Below are positions 38,569 to 50,533 of a DNA stretch of 64,000 nt, piece after piece (within the stretch, counting starts at the first letter, position 1; each line of letters opens with the position of its first letter). The DNA is from Callorhinchus milii. Lineage: Eukaryota. The position numbers and the translations under genes are program-made. The stretch is from contig NW_024704742.1 of the NCBI RefSeq assembly GCF_018977255.1, positions 44,022,001 to 44,086,000 on the forward strand, read 5' to 3'. The notes beneath the pieces are model-generated. The model did no database searches and was not told the DNA's origin. It saw only the letters and a list, made by a program, of their open reading frames with translations.

Positions 38569-40003
38569 TGAAATGGGGTGTGGCTGGATTCTGATTATGA
38601 TTGGTTTTAGAAATGTTTAGAGATACTCCTTCATGATGAGCATACTGAAAACTTTTTACATCTGGATGAAGTTTAGAATTATGGTAATGTTTTTCAAGGT
38701 ATTTTTTACTTTAGAACTGATAATAAACTTGAAGCAGGTGAAATGTAAAGTATCAGAACTTAACCCTTCTACAGTGCAAATATAATCTTGGGTGAGTGGA
38801 TTAATCTGCATTTCAGCAGATCATAAGATCTTTGAGGTCTTAACCTAAACCCATCCCAGATTTTGGGATGCTTAACAATATAATCATAATTAAGAAGTTT
38901 AATTCTGTACATTAAATAGCATTATTATTTTTATTATTATTTTAAATACATTTTGTGTTCATTGATTAATGTTTAAGATTGTGTACTGTTCTGTTTTGTT
39001 TTAAATAATACTAAAAGCCAGGCTTATAAACATAAAAAAAACTTGCAGTTTTAAAGAGTCTAAAATCAGATTTGTTTGGCAAAATAACTGAGGAAGAAAG
39101 AAAAATCAAAACAGTTGCTTGATGCATATATGTGCAGAAATTGTGAAGAATAGGATGCTCAAAATAAAAGAACAGCATTTGAGAAGAGAATGTTTATTTG
39201 AAATGCAGATTGGGGAGCACTTAATTCAAATTGATTTTAAGATCCTTCAACATTCTGTCAATCTTGCCATAGAAGTAGGGACACTTCCTTGTACCCAATT
39301 CCTACTGTTAAGTATTCAGATAACCTTCCCCTATTTTGGTTCGTGTGTGTAGCTTCGTTGGAGTCTTGCTGTTTTTACCCTGTTTGCAGCAGATTTGTTT
39401 TCGACACCAGATTTTTTTTTATAACTTTCTGTGAGTTGATTCACACCTCTATCTTTCTCCACAGGAAGGAAGGGTTAACAGGAAGTAAGATATCTCTACA
39501 ATAAGTTTCAAACCTTTTAGAAAAAAGTTTTGTCCAAATGGCTATTTGACCCTTAAGCCCAATTTTCTTCTAAATTAACATAAGACAATATCATGGGTTT
39601 CACTGCACCCACTCTTTTATCACCAGGGGGAACATTCTGCACAGATAGAGAACTTCAAAGGTAATTCAAGCAATAAGTCCAGAAAATTTTTTGTTCCATA
39701 TTTTGACTATTCAAACCTGGCTTCTTAATCTCCATGGACAGTAGTTTCCTACCCCCACCTTTCAAACCCAGACATAGCAACACAAATCATTGTGTGACCT
39801 GGAGCATTTTATCATTTCAATCTTCACCCATCTTTTCATGTCAGTCAACTCATTCACTGGTTGGTAAATCTGGTATACCTCTGTCAGGGAAAGAATAGTT
39901 GGACCAATTAATACTTTCGCCTACAAAATATTTAGTCAATTCACTTTATCGTGTATTTTATGAAGAGTCTTGAGATGTCTTGAAGATGCGATGAGGTGCT
40001 AAA

Positions 40004-40315
40004 TCCTGTAGGTCAGTGGTTAGAGCGCTCGCTTTGCAAGCGAGAGACCTGAGTTCAATTCCAGGCAGAGGGCGAAACCTTGGGCGAGTTTCCTTACTCC
40101 ACACGCCTAATAATAATCCCTCCAAAATAAAACAATAATAAATTGTTCATTTTCAATCTACGACTGTTTGTGGACATTGCTGTGCACAATTGGCTGCCGC
40201 GTTCGCCCACAAATATACAGTCAATTCACTTTACAGTGTGTTCTGTGAAGCGCTTTGGGACATCCTCCCGACGTGAAAAGCGCTATATCAAGTGCAAGGA
40301 TTATTATTATTATTA
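40004..40315 (+). mobile_element. SINE family B, short form (preceded by an older SINE tail, 39915-40003)
   Basis: tRNA-Ala(TGC)-like head, (ATT)n tail. Confidence 0.88.
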
Positions 40316-41399
40316 GAACTTCAGAAAGAAGTTTGTGAGGCACATTTGGCTGTGTGGTCTGAGACGTGACACTATGTGACAGGCTATATATAAATGCAAA
40401 TCTTTGTTGTGGTCAAGTAGTAGAAATCTTGCTCAAAAAGCAATTGCGGCCTTCTCCACTATCAGAAACCTCAGGACCAAGACTTCCTTTGTAAAGTGGT
40501 AAGGATTTATCTGGGGAACATGGATGAAAATGTTTGGGATTGTGGAGCTAACATTGCAGAAAAGAAGCTATTATGAATCTGCTTGACATTTCATAATCAC
40601 AAACTAGTCATTTCTCGTGACCCTTCTCTATCCTCCTGCCCGAAGAAACCCATAAAATGATTTGAAAAGAGAAGTTAGCTGAGAAGTTTCTGTTGGTGTC
40701 CTGGCCAATAATTTTAGGCACAATGAGACCTACTTTAGTAGCCCTAAGTCTTGTTTCAAATGTCTATTGCTTTGTACACAATATTGCTAGATCTTTTATT
40801 CCAGAATGGGGGTGCGGCAGTTTGCAGTTTCCAATTTCTTTTGCAAGGATTGTTTCACTAGTCATAATAAATTAAGGTGCTAAAGGTATATCCTCCACCT
40901 CACAATTTTTCTGTTTACAAAAATTGCTTAGTTGATGCACATAAGATACTAAATTTATTAAACCATAGGCTGAAGGCACTTTAATCTAGGCAGCTGATTG
41001 ATTTAACAATTTCTAAAATAAACAAACTAAACTGGGTAGTGGCGTGTAACTCCCATGCAAATCAGGACCCATCAAGATCAATTAATCTACTCAGCATTGG
41101 CTGCTTTGCCAATATTATTCAGGTTTCTTCTTTAGATTCTCTGTAAAACAGTAAACTGGAAAGTACTTTGTTTTGCCATGCGCATTCATTTTGCTTGAAA
41201 AGCAAGTGCAGCAATTCATAAATCTCCATTAATTTCTGTTTTACTCTTTTCTGTTGCACGCATTTGTGATGGAGTTTGAAAGAAATGAGGAAGAGTGGTA
41301 GATTACATAGCCTCAGTATGTTCTTCCTCAATCTTTGAAAGTTCAGTTTCCTCATACAAGGTTCTCTCCCTGCTTACCCTCTACCTCTCCACCTAATCA

Positions 41400-42340
41400 T
41401 TTTGTCTAATCTTGGAGTTTTTTTTTGTTTGATTATGACTTCCAACTCTGTCTCTCCGCCTCCACCCTTGATTCCAGGTCCACTGTTGATCTGACCGATT
41501 GCCTGTCAGAATCAAGTCCTGGATGAGAGCTTTCTCCTGCTCCTGTCAGCGCCTTAATGCTTCAGGCTCTGACAACATCAATCTATATCAATACACACTC
41601 CACCTCATGGAGCCAGTGTGGAACCTCAGTGCCTTGTTTGACTCTCGACTACGCTTGAAATCCTGTGCTCTGACCTGTTCAGCCTTCCACCACCTCCACA
41701 ACATTGCCCACATCCACACTACCTCTCCCCTCGGGCTGTCTCGACCTATATTCATGCTTTTATCACGTTCAGGCTTGACTACCCTAACTCTGCTCTCTGA
41801 GCCTATCAACGCTTTCCTCCACAAACTGCAGATTATCCAGAGCTTTGCGAATTCTTTCCTGCACTAGGCTCCATCAGCCGATCACCCCCATCCTGGCTGT
41901 ACTGGCTCCCCATCCCGCAAAGGATTGAGTTCAAAATCCTCCTCACTTTTAAATTCCTCCATGATCTTGCCCCACCCTCCCTCTGTGACCTTCAAAAACC
42001 TTACCAAACGGTCCGCTTCCTTTGCTCAGCAGGCACCAACCTGCTTCACTCCTCCCACGTGCCTGCTCACATTCAGTGGTTGGGCCTTCAGTTTTTCTGC
42101 CCCAACTGTCTGCAACTCCATCGTGGAGTTCCTTCGTCTTACCACTTCAAGATCTGTTTCAAGATTTTCCTCTTTGACTGCCTCTACATTCATCTTCCCT
42201 CCCCACTCCATCTCCCACCCTCCTTGGCCCCCAAGTTTCCTGAATCCAACTCCCAGCTCTGGTACAAATCCACAATTGTCCAGAGCCTTGGGATCCCCTC
42301 CCGACATGAAAGGCGCTACGTAAATGCAATTTGTTGTTAT
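41400..42340 (+). mobile_element. L2 LINE 3' fragment
   Basis: IKSWM...; aligns with 385-1905; tail GACATGAAAGGCGCTAC. Confidence 0.85.
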
Positions 42341-43348
42341 AGCATGTTCATTACAATGGTCTTGGGATCGTGATTCCGCCTACGAAGACCCGAGACTGAC
42401 CTCAAAACCACGATTGTGTGCGGGGAGCATTTCATAAGATCATAAGGAAAGGGATTTATTTATATTGTCAAGTGTTTTTGTCTCTGAGATGACAATAATC
42501 ATTTATTTATCTGTTGAGGTTAGGATTATTCGTGGAGATGAGGATTCAAACTCAAAATGGGACACTTGAAATCTTAATAGATCCTTCAGACTTTTACAAA
42601 ATATTTTAAAAAGTTCATTATTGTGTCTGAAAAGTGACTTGTGTAATCAGAGAACTGTGTCAAATAATTTGAACAACAACAAACATTTGTGAAGCTGTGA
42701 TTTTGTTCTAAAGAAGCCTTTGGTTGCAGTTTAATAGACATTGAATCTTAAAAATACTTCCAAATTAATACATTTGGAGTGGCCTGACGTTTGGCTCTAT
42801 TAATTGTGAATAGGAGTGTTATGGTGATATATTTTCAGAATGGAGCCTGGTATTTGTAGGTGCCAGCACTGCCTCAGGCATTTGCTATAATACTCCTCCA
42901 AGAAACATGAAATCGTAGAGCTCCATCCTGCATTCACAGTAACAGCAATTCAGGGAATGCTATTGAGAGGCAGATATTTTAGCCTTTTTTGAGTTCTGAA
43001 TACCTGTATATAATATACATACTTTACTTCTCTGCTGTAAGGGGGGGATTACATTGGCAGGAATGCTTTTGAGAGAAGAGATAAGAAGCTTTGGGAAGAG
43101 TCAGAAGCAAGAAGTGAACTTGGAGTAGAAAGATTGAGCTCTATTATAGATAAAAAGTAATACGTGAATGAGTTTTAAATCTGGTATGAATGCACAGAAA
43201 AGGGTGGGCATGTAACCTATTTTCCACTTATTACTCATGACCATAACAATATTCTTTACCCATTTTGCAAAGAAAGCAGAACAACGAGAAGTGAAGTCCT
43301 GTTAGTGGGATTTCCTAAGGTCTATAGTGTGCAGGTATCATTGAAGAT

Positions 43349-44082
43349 GGAGTCCTGTAGCTCAGTGGTTAGAGCACTCGCTTTGCAAGTGAGAGACCTG
43401 AGTTCAATTCCAGGCAACAACAACAACAAGATTCCATTTATAGAGCGCCTTTCACGTCGGGAGGACGTCCCAAGGCGCTGTACAGTTGGGTCAGGACCCG
43501 AGCAGGGGGGAAATGGTCAGGGTGAGGGGCGGGAAGGGAGGGGGCGAGGAGGGGATAGAGAGTCGAGAGGGGAGCTGAAGGCACAGTCAAAGAGAAAGGT
43601 CTTGAGACCGGCCTTGAAGGAGGAAAGGGAGGAGGCGGCGAAGGCACTGGGGGATAAAGTTCCAGAGCCTAGGGACTGAGAGGCTGAAGGCCCGACCACC
43701 GATGGTAGGGCGGTTGGGGTGGGGGACGTGGAGCAGACCGGAGCCAGAGGAACGGAGGGTACGGGCAGGTAGATAGGGGGATAGTAGGTCAGAGAGGTAG
43801 GAGGGAGCAAGGCCGTGGATGGCCTTGTAGGTGAGGATGAGGCGAAACCTTAGGCAAGTTTCCTTACTCCACACGCCTAATAAAAATCCCTCCAAAAAAA
43901 ACAGTAATAAATTGGTCATTTTCACTCCATGACTGTTTGTGGGACATTGCTGTGCACAATTGGCTGCCGCGTTCGCCCACAAATATTCAGTCAATTCACT
44001 TTACAGTATATTCTGTGAAGCGCTTTGGGACGTCTAGAAGACGTGAAAAGCGCTATATCAAATGCAAGGATTATTATTATTA
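43349..44082 (+). mobile_element. SINE family B (short form) split by an antisense L2 3' end at 43415-43840
   Basis: Head 43349-43416 and body 43841-44082 rejoin to match 40004-40315. Confidence 0.9.
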
Positions 44083-44676
44083 AGATATGGAAACACTGAA
44101 TGTCAGTTCTAAGAGGATTATAATATCTGACTTGCTGAGCTTTTTTAAGTAAAAAAAATACATTTAAATAAGATCATATGTTGAAAGTATCCACCATGAG
44201 CTGAGATATAAAAACCTTGAAGTTCAATTTCCTACAAAGCAACTTCACCTTCTTAACCTGGGACAGAAATCCATATATCCATATGCCTTTTGGCAAACAT
44301 AATTCCAGTTATTAAAACATCGAAATGCAGAATGGCAACAAAGTACGACACATAATTCATTATTAAGTCTAAAAATTGCTATAGAAAACAAATGTTTTGT
44401 CAATTGCAGAATATTTAAATATTTGCATATTAAATTATTAATGACATAGCAGGTGTGACTTTCTTGAATTATTTGTCTATGAGGGAGAACGATAAAGGGG
44501 ATTCTACTGGGGAGATATTACTACTCTTTACATCGTTGAAAGTTGAAGCTTCTATATTTAAAATCTGTGCAGAAGTATCTAAAATATTCTGTCTCGATAA
44601 TGAATGTAAACAATCTGATCCAAATGCTTTGCCAATGCTACTCAGTTGCTCATGTGTTTTGGAGTTCTCCCTCATG

Positions 44677-45126
44677 CTGTCTGACCAGTGTCAGGGAGAG
44701 CCTCCCTCCCCACATTAGCCCTGTCTGACCAGTGTCAGGGAGAGCCTCCCTCCCCACATTAGCACTGTCTGACCAGTGTCAGGGAGAGCCTCCCTCCCCA
44801 CATTAGCACTGTCTGACCAGTGTCAGGGAGAGCCTCCCTCCCCACATTAGCACTGTCTGACCAGTGTCAGGGAGAGCCTCCCTCCCCACATTAGCACTGT
44901 CTGACCAGTGTCAGGGAGAGCCTCCCTCCCCACATTAGCACTGTCTGACCAGTGTCAGGGAGAGCCTCCCTCCCCACATTAGCACTGTCTGACCAGTGTC
45001 AGGGAGAGCCTCCCTCCCCACATTAGCACTGTCTGACCAGTGTCAGGGAGAGCCTCCCTCCCCACATTAGCACTGTCTGACCAGTGTCAGGGAGAGCCTC
45101 CCTCCCCACATTAGCACTGTCTGACC
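44677..45126 (+). repeat. Minisatellite, 10.2 x 44 bp (CTGTCTGACCAGTGTCAGGGAGAGCCTCCCTCCCCACATTAGCA)
   Basis: Units start every 44 bp from 44677 to 45117; near-identical, with no spacers. Confidence 0.97.
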
Positions 45127-45140
45127 TGAGCGTTCAGATT

Positions 45141-45260
45141 CCAGCCAATAACGGACAGCTCCCTGACCTGCGGGGCTGTGATTGGTCAGTGAGGGCGGAG
45201 CCATGATCGGGAGCAAGGGCTACGATTGGTCCAAAGGGAGCAGTGCAGTGATTGGTGTGT
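45141..45260. promoter_or_regulatory. Cluster of four CCAAT/ATTGG boxes and a GC box
   Basis: CCAAT 45145; ATTGG 45181, 45225, 45251; GGGCGG 45193. Confidence 0.45.
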
Positions 45261-46904
45261 GAGGGGGAGCTGGGATTGCTCCACAGGGAGTACAAGCTGG
45301 ATCTGCTGGGAACGGTGCTCCAGTTAATGTCTGGTGCTTCGTTTGCTTTTCCCTTTTCCCGCTATCGACCTGTGGATCCCAGTTTAGGAACGAATGCTGT
45401 AGACTGATTTGAAGTCAAGAGTAGCACTGCAATGATTCCCAGCGACTCATTTAGCGTTAGTTTTACTTTTTAGTTCACTGTGGCTCTTGATATTTTCATT
45501 TGGGACATGAATGTTGTAGTGAATCGGAGATTGCCCTTGCACCTTGCCTAGCCATATGAAACCAAAATAAAACAATCTGTGACTTTTCTGGGTGTATTTC
45601 ACTTTCCCTGACTGTCTTGTTTCAAATTAAGCTTAGAGCGTGAGACAAAAACTTCATTGCGTTTTTATTGGTTCAACCATAGTTCTGATTTGTTTTGCTT
45701 GAAGCCCGCACAGCCAGTAACCGAAGTGCAGGAAATCAAATACAATTTCTACCAATTTTATTTCCAACAACGTAAGGTCTAAGAAAACTGAAAAAATTCT
45801 GAAAATGCACTTTTTCACTATTATCCTGGTAATTTGAAGACTGCACCTGTCATAAAATATGACTTCCATTTTGTTCTTGTGGAGTGGCAAAAAGAAAAAA
45901 TTAAATTTTTGATATTTTCTAACTTGGTACAAGCTGCTCAATCTCCAGGTTTTCCATTGAGTGTCTTTCAGTGGTGGTAGGCTTGTCTCTGCCCAGGGAG
46001 GTTTCAATCTCTTTCTACTTTGTTAGTTTGTTAGTAAAGTTATCTTCATATGAGTCATTTGGTAAAATTCTACTTCCTGTCCTCTAATATGGGGAAAATC
46101 CTTATCACGAACCAGCAGTTTTTGTGAGCCTTATTTTGAATCTTAACCTTTGTTCTTTGCATTGGAATACTTTTAGAACTAACAAAATGGAAAAAGGATA
46201 TCTGTTTGTTCACTTTTTCAAGAAAATGAGGTTTAAAGGGAATTGAAATTTAGCGAAAAACAGATTTATAAATAGTGTCAACATCATTTAATGTTAAATG
46301 ATTGACTAAAACGGTTTGTTTTATAATATGTGAGGGCTTTATGATGAGTGGACCCAATTATATTAAAAACAGAACTTTCTGGCTCGGGTTCGGGGTTCAA
46401 CAGAAGAAGCTACTTGGAATAATTACATCATTTGAAGAAGGTTCTTAACGTCAAGTTCTATAATGGAAGAAATTATCTATATTTGTTTACTAAAACAAAT
46501 TTGCATAATTATTTTGGTGTTAGCCTTTCCAGTTTTTGATTTTAATCTGTAAATTAAACCTGTGCAAAAAGTAAAAACTGATTTTAGATGTGCAGCCTGC
46601 ACGCATGCACAATAAGCAGGAAGTGATGTCCATGATAACTTTATGACCCAGAATTCAGCTAATTTACTAATTTAATTTACTAATAAAAGTTTGCTTAAAA
46701 AATGTAAATAAATTATAAAGATTAAATACATGTCTATTATCTGTCTAAACTTAAAAAAATCAGGCTCTTTGCTATTAATTCTAGGTTAAGTCTTTTTTCA
46801 TATGAAAGGGAAGAGAAAATACATTTACCAAAAATAATTTGTGACTCCCGGTGAGTCCTGGTTTAGCAGCCACCAAGAAAAATAATTTAACATTTGGTCT
46901 ATTG

Positions 46905-47420
46905 TGAGGGAAGATCACTGACAATTCTGCTGCTTCCGCACCTCCATTGCTCAATGTGGAGGGACATGTGCCCAAGCTGCGGACTGAAAGTTGATGGCAA
47001 TACTATCACCCATTTCATGCTGAGATGTGTTGCCCACCAGGAAGTTCCTTGTACCTACCATCCACAAGTGACGGCTCAAACCTATACTTGTCGGATGGCG
47101 AACGATCAACTAGTGACTATCCTCCAGGTGGTGGGGGGGGTAGGGGGAGTTAAGTGGCAGCTCTTTGGAGCTGAACTGGCTCCAATGACTTGCCTGGAAA
47201 TGGAATGTCGGAATCAAGCCCACCCTCTGTGGTGGTCTCAGTTGTCCGGTTCCTGAGCCAGACGAGTCTGCAGTTTTCCAGGGCACTGCTGATGACAACA
47301 CTGGCTCATCGGCAGGAACGGGAAAGGCAGACGAGTCACTGGGGGCAGGGAGTCATCCCATTCAGTTCCTGTTAAACCCTGCAAGCCAAAGCCCTAACGG
47401 GTAGGGTAGTCTTAACTGGA
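46905..47420 (+). mobile_element. Decayed retroelement fragment with CCHC knuckle, copy 2
   Basis: MCPSCGLKVDGNTITHFMLRC; aligns to 35270-35720. Confidence 0.55.
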
Positions 47421-48019
47421 CAAGCAGCAGGAAAGTATCAATATCAATGGCAAGCAATGCGGTTTTAGCTGGTTAGACTCCAGCAGTACCCCAACGTACA
47501 CTCTGGGGTTCCCAAGCCTTGGCACTTACCAATCTGCGCCTAATAGTTTCTGGAGTTAGGTAAGCAGGCTGTGTCCCTCCAGGGAGAGAGTGCGCATTCC
47601 GTTCCAACAGTCTATCTATCTCTGGGATTTCCATGTGTAGGTGGGATGCATGGAAATCTCAGCTTGGTTTGGATATTCTTAAGCATGGTGATGGGTTTCC
47701 GCATGTGTCAGACATCCAGCTCACCCAAAAAAAATCCAGAGATTAAGTAAACCAATTCCTGTGGGTTAATGGGCTTCAATTCCAAAATGGACTATTTGCA
47801 GAAGCATTTATCAATAGTACAACAGAAAATATATGAATTTGTTGTGCCTGATGCTGGGTCTCTAGCCTCTGAAGAATTCTTCCTTGGATTCCCACTTTAT
47901 TTCAATCTACCCCCCACCAGGCTTCCAAAGGAATATGTAACCTAGATTGTCCTGATTGCTTCTTGGGCTAGTTCTCGGACTGATCCCTGATGAAAAATCC
48001 TTAAATTCTGTTCTCAAGA

Positions 48020-48255
48020 TCATAAGATTGGGGTTTGGATGAAGAAGGCTCTTCGACACATTTAATTTCATCCCTCCAGAATACCCACCCTACTCTTCTC
48101 CCATCACAGCATCAAACTACTTTTTAAATGAATCCAGTCTCAGCCCTCCCGAGTAAATAACAATGTTTTGGTATCTATCCTGAAATTGCCTTTTGCAAAT
48201 CTAAATCTACATTCTACTGTCTTGATGCATTGTAAAAGTATTGTTCTGGGTTACT
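48020..48255 (-). mobile_element. Decayed CR1 3' fragment
   Basis: Aligns with 37690-38000 (CATAAGATT..TTTGGATGAAGAAGG..CCAGAATAC..TCTTCTCCCATC). Confidence 0.7.
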
Positions 48256-49016
48256 CAAAGCTGACAGTTGCCATGAATTGTACAGGGCTCAGATCATGTT
48301 TTAATTTGCTACCAGAGAGAGTATTAGAGTTATCTAGGATACAGGAAATAACTTATTTGTGCTGTTGTGTGCTAACACATTTGAAACAAATTGTATGTGG
48401 ATGTACGGATCCCACTCAGTTATTATGTAGTTGGGATTATGAAACACAATCGACTCTGTCCTGTTCGGACAGGGCATTGCGTCGACATGTCAGAAAGAAT
48501 TGATGTGTGACTGGTTTCCATTGTTGCTTCCAGATAACAATATGACATTTAGCAGAATTATTCTTTGGCTTTTGCTGTAATTCCTTGTCAGATCCTCTCT
48601 GTTTAACTTGAGGATTTTGGAGAGATTGTCTTGTGTGCGAAAGAGAATGAGTTGGGAAATATTTCTCCATTGCTTATCACAATTTTAATTTTTCAAAAAC
48701 AAAATGCTATGACAATCAAATTCTTCTTAACCCTAATTTGGATAAGCAAAATGACCTTTATTCCTGAATTATTTAGTTAAAATAAAAGCACAAAAGTATA
48801 GTACAATAATGACTCTAAAAGGACTTCATAATCATCAGCTGGTTACACAGTTTAATATTTGAATCGTCAAAGAAGTATAGATTAATACTAAATTTAACAA
48901 AATATCCTTGTTCACAAACCCTTACAATTTAGCCTTGACAGGAAGAAAGAAAGCTGGCACAAGACAGCAATGGGATAGTTTGGTGTGTTGGAAGGGAAAG
49001 TTGTTTGATGTAATGA

Positions 49017-49439
<423 letters not shown>

Positions 49440-50377
49440 TAAAAAAGTTTCACTTTCAAGCTTTAGAAGTATACCTTATTGTGTACATAACTTTTCACAC
49501 TGAAGTTTGTAGCAGCTTGAATTTAATTTATATTCTGTCGGCTATTTTCTGGAAAAAAATTTTTTTTGTCACTTCCAAGGGTTACAAAATTACAATGGTG
49601 AATAATTAACATTTTTGTTTGGCTGTAGATAATTAACTTTGCAGACCAAGAAGTTATATACGGAGTAAATAGATATAATTGTTTTACTGTCATAGTTTGA
49701 AATTTCACCTTTAAGGTTGTTAGGTTCGTGTAAATTCACCATGTTGGGCAATCACGAACACCATGCTTGTGGTTCACAATGGAACAATACGAAGGTTACT
49801 TTGGCAAACCTCAGTTACTTTGTCAATAAAATTAATTCTGGTGCATTAAGTGCAATATAACAGACGAACAGGGCATGCTTTCAGTTCTACTTTTGAGCAT
49901 CTCACAGTGGCTGCTTATAGAGTTCCATAGGTAGAAACCCAGGAATGTTAATTGTTTCCTTGGATTTTGTGTTTAAATGTACTAGGAAAGTGTGCTAAAA
50001 AAATGGGAGACAAAGATATAGAGCCTGTTATAAGAGTGCTTAAAAAATGTAGAAATAATAAAGGAGATTAAGCAATCAAGTGCAAATGAAAAGGAAAGGC
50101 AGCAAATGTAAAGAAAATAAAGAGGAAGAGATTGAATGAACTGTTACACAAAATATTTTCTGAGTCGCATGGTAATTTTGGCATTTGGACTAGAAAGAGA
50201 GCAGTATGCTTCTGTTCTCTTCACGCCAACTTCCTCAATAGCTTATCCACACACCAAAGTACTGTATAATTGTAGAACCGGTTTCTGCTTCTTCAAAAAA
50301 GTAATTTGGTTGTAAAATAGATTTGTCATTTGTTTTTAATTTAGCTTGATTTGTTTATTAATAATATTTACTAATGA

Positions 50378-50533
<156 letters not shown>

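Noticed and set aside
40004..40070. tRNA-Ala(TGC) genes (also at 18640, 31182, 43349, 60002)
   Set aside because: D, anticodon and T arms are partly present, but there is no acceptor-stem pairing and each continues into a SINE body. These are SINE heads.
44677..45126. CRISPR-like array
   Set aside because: The units are contiguous and identical, with no unique spacers and no cas genes, inside a eukaryotic intron. It is a minisatellite.
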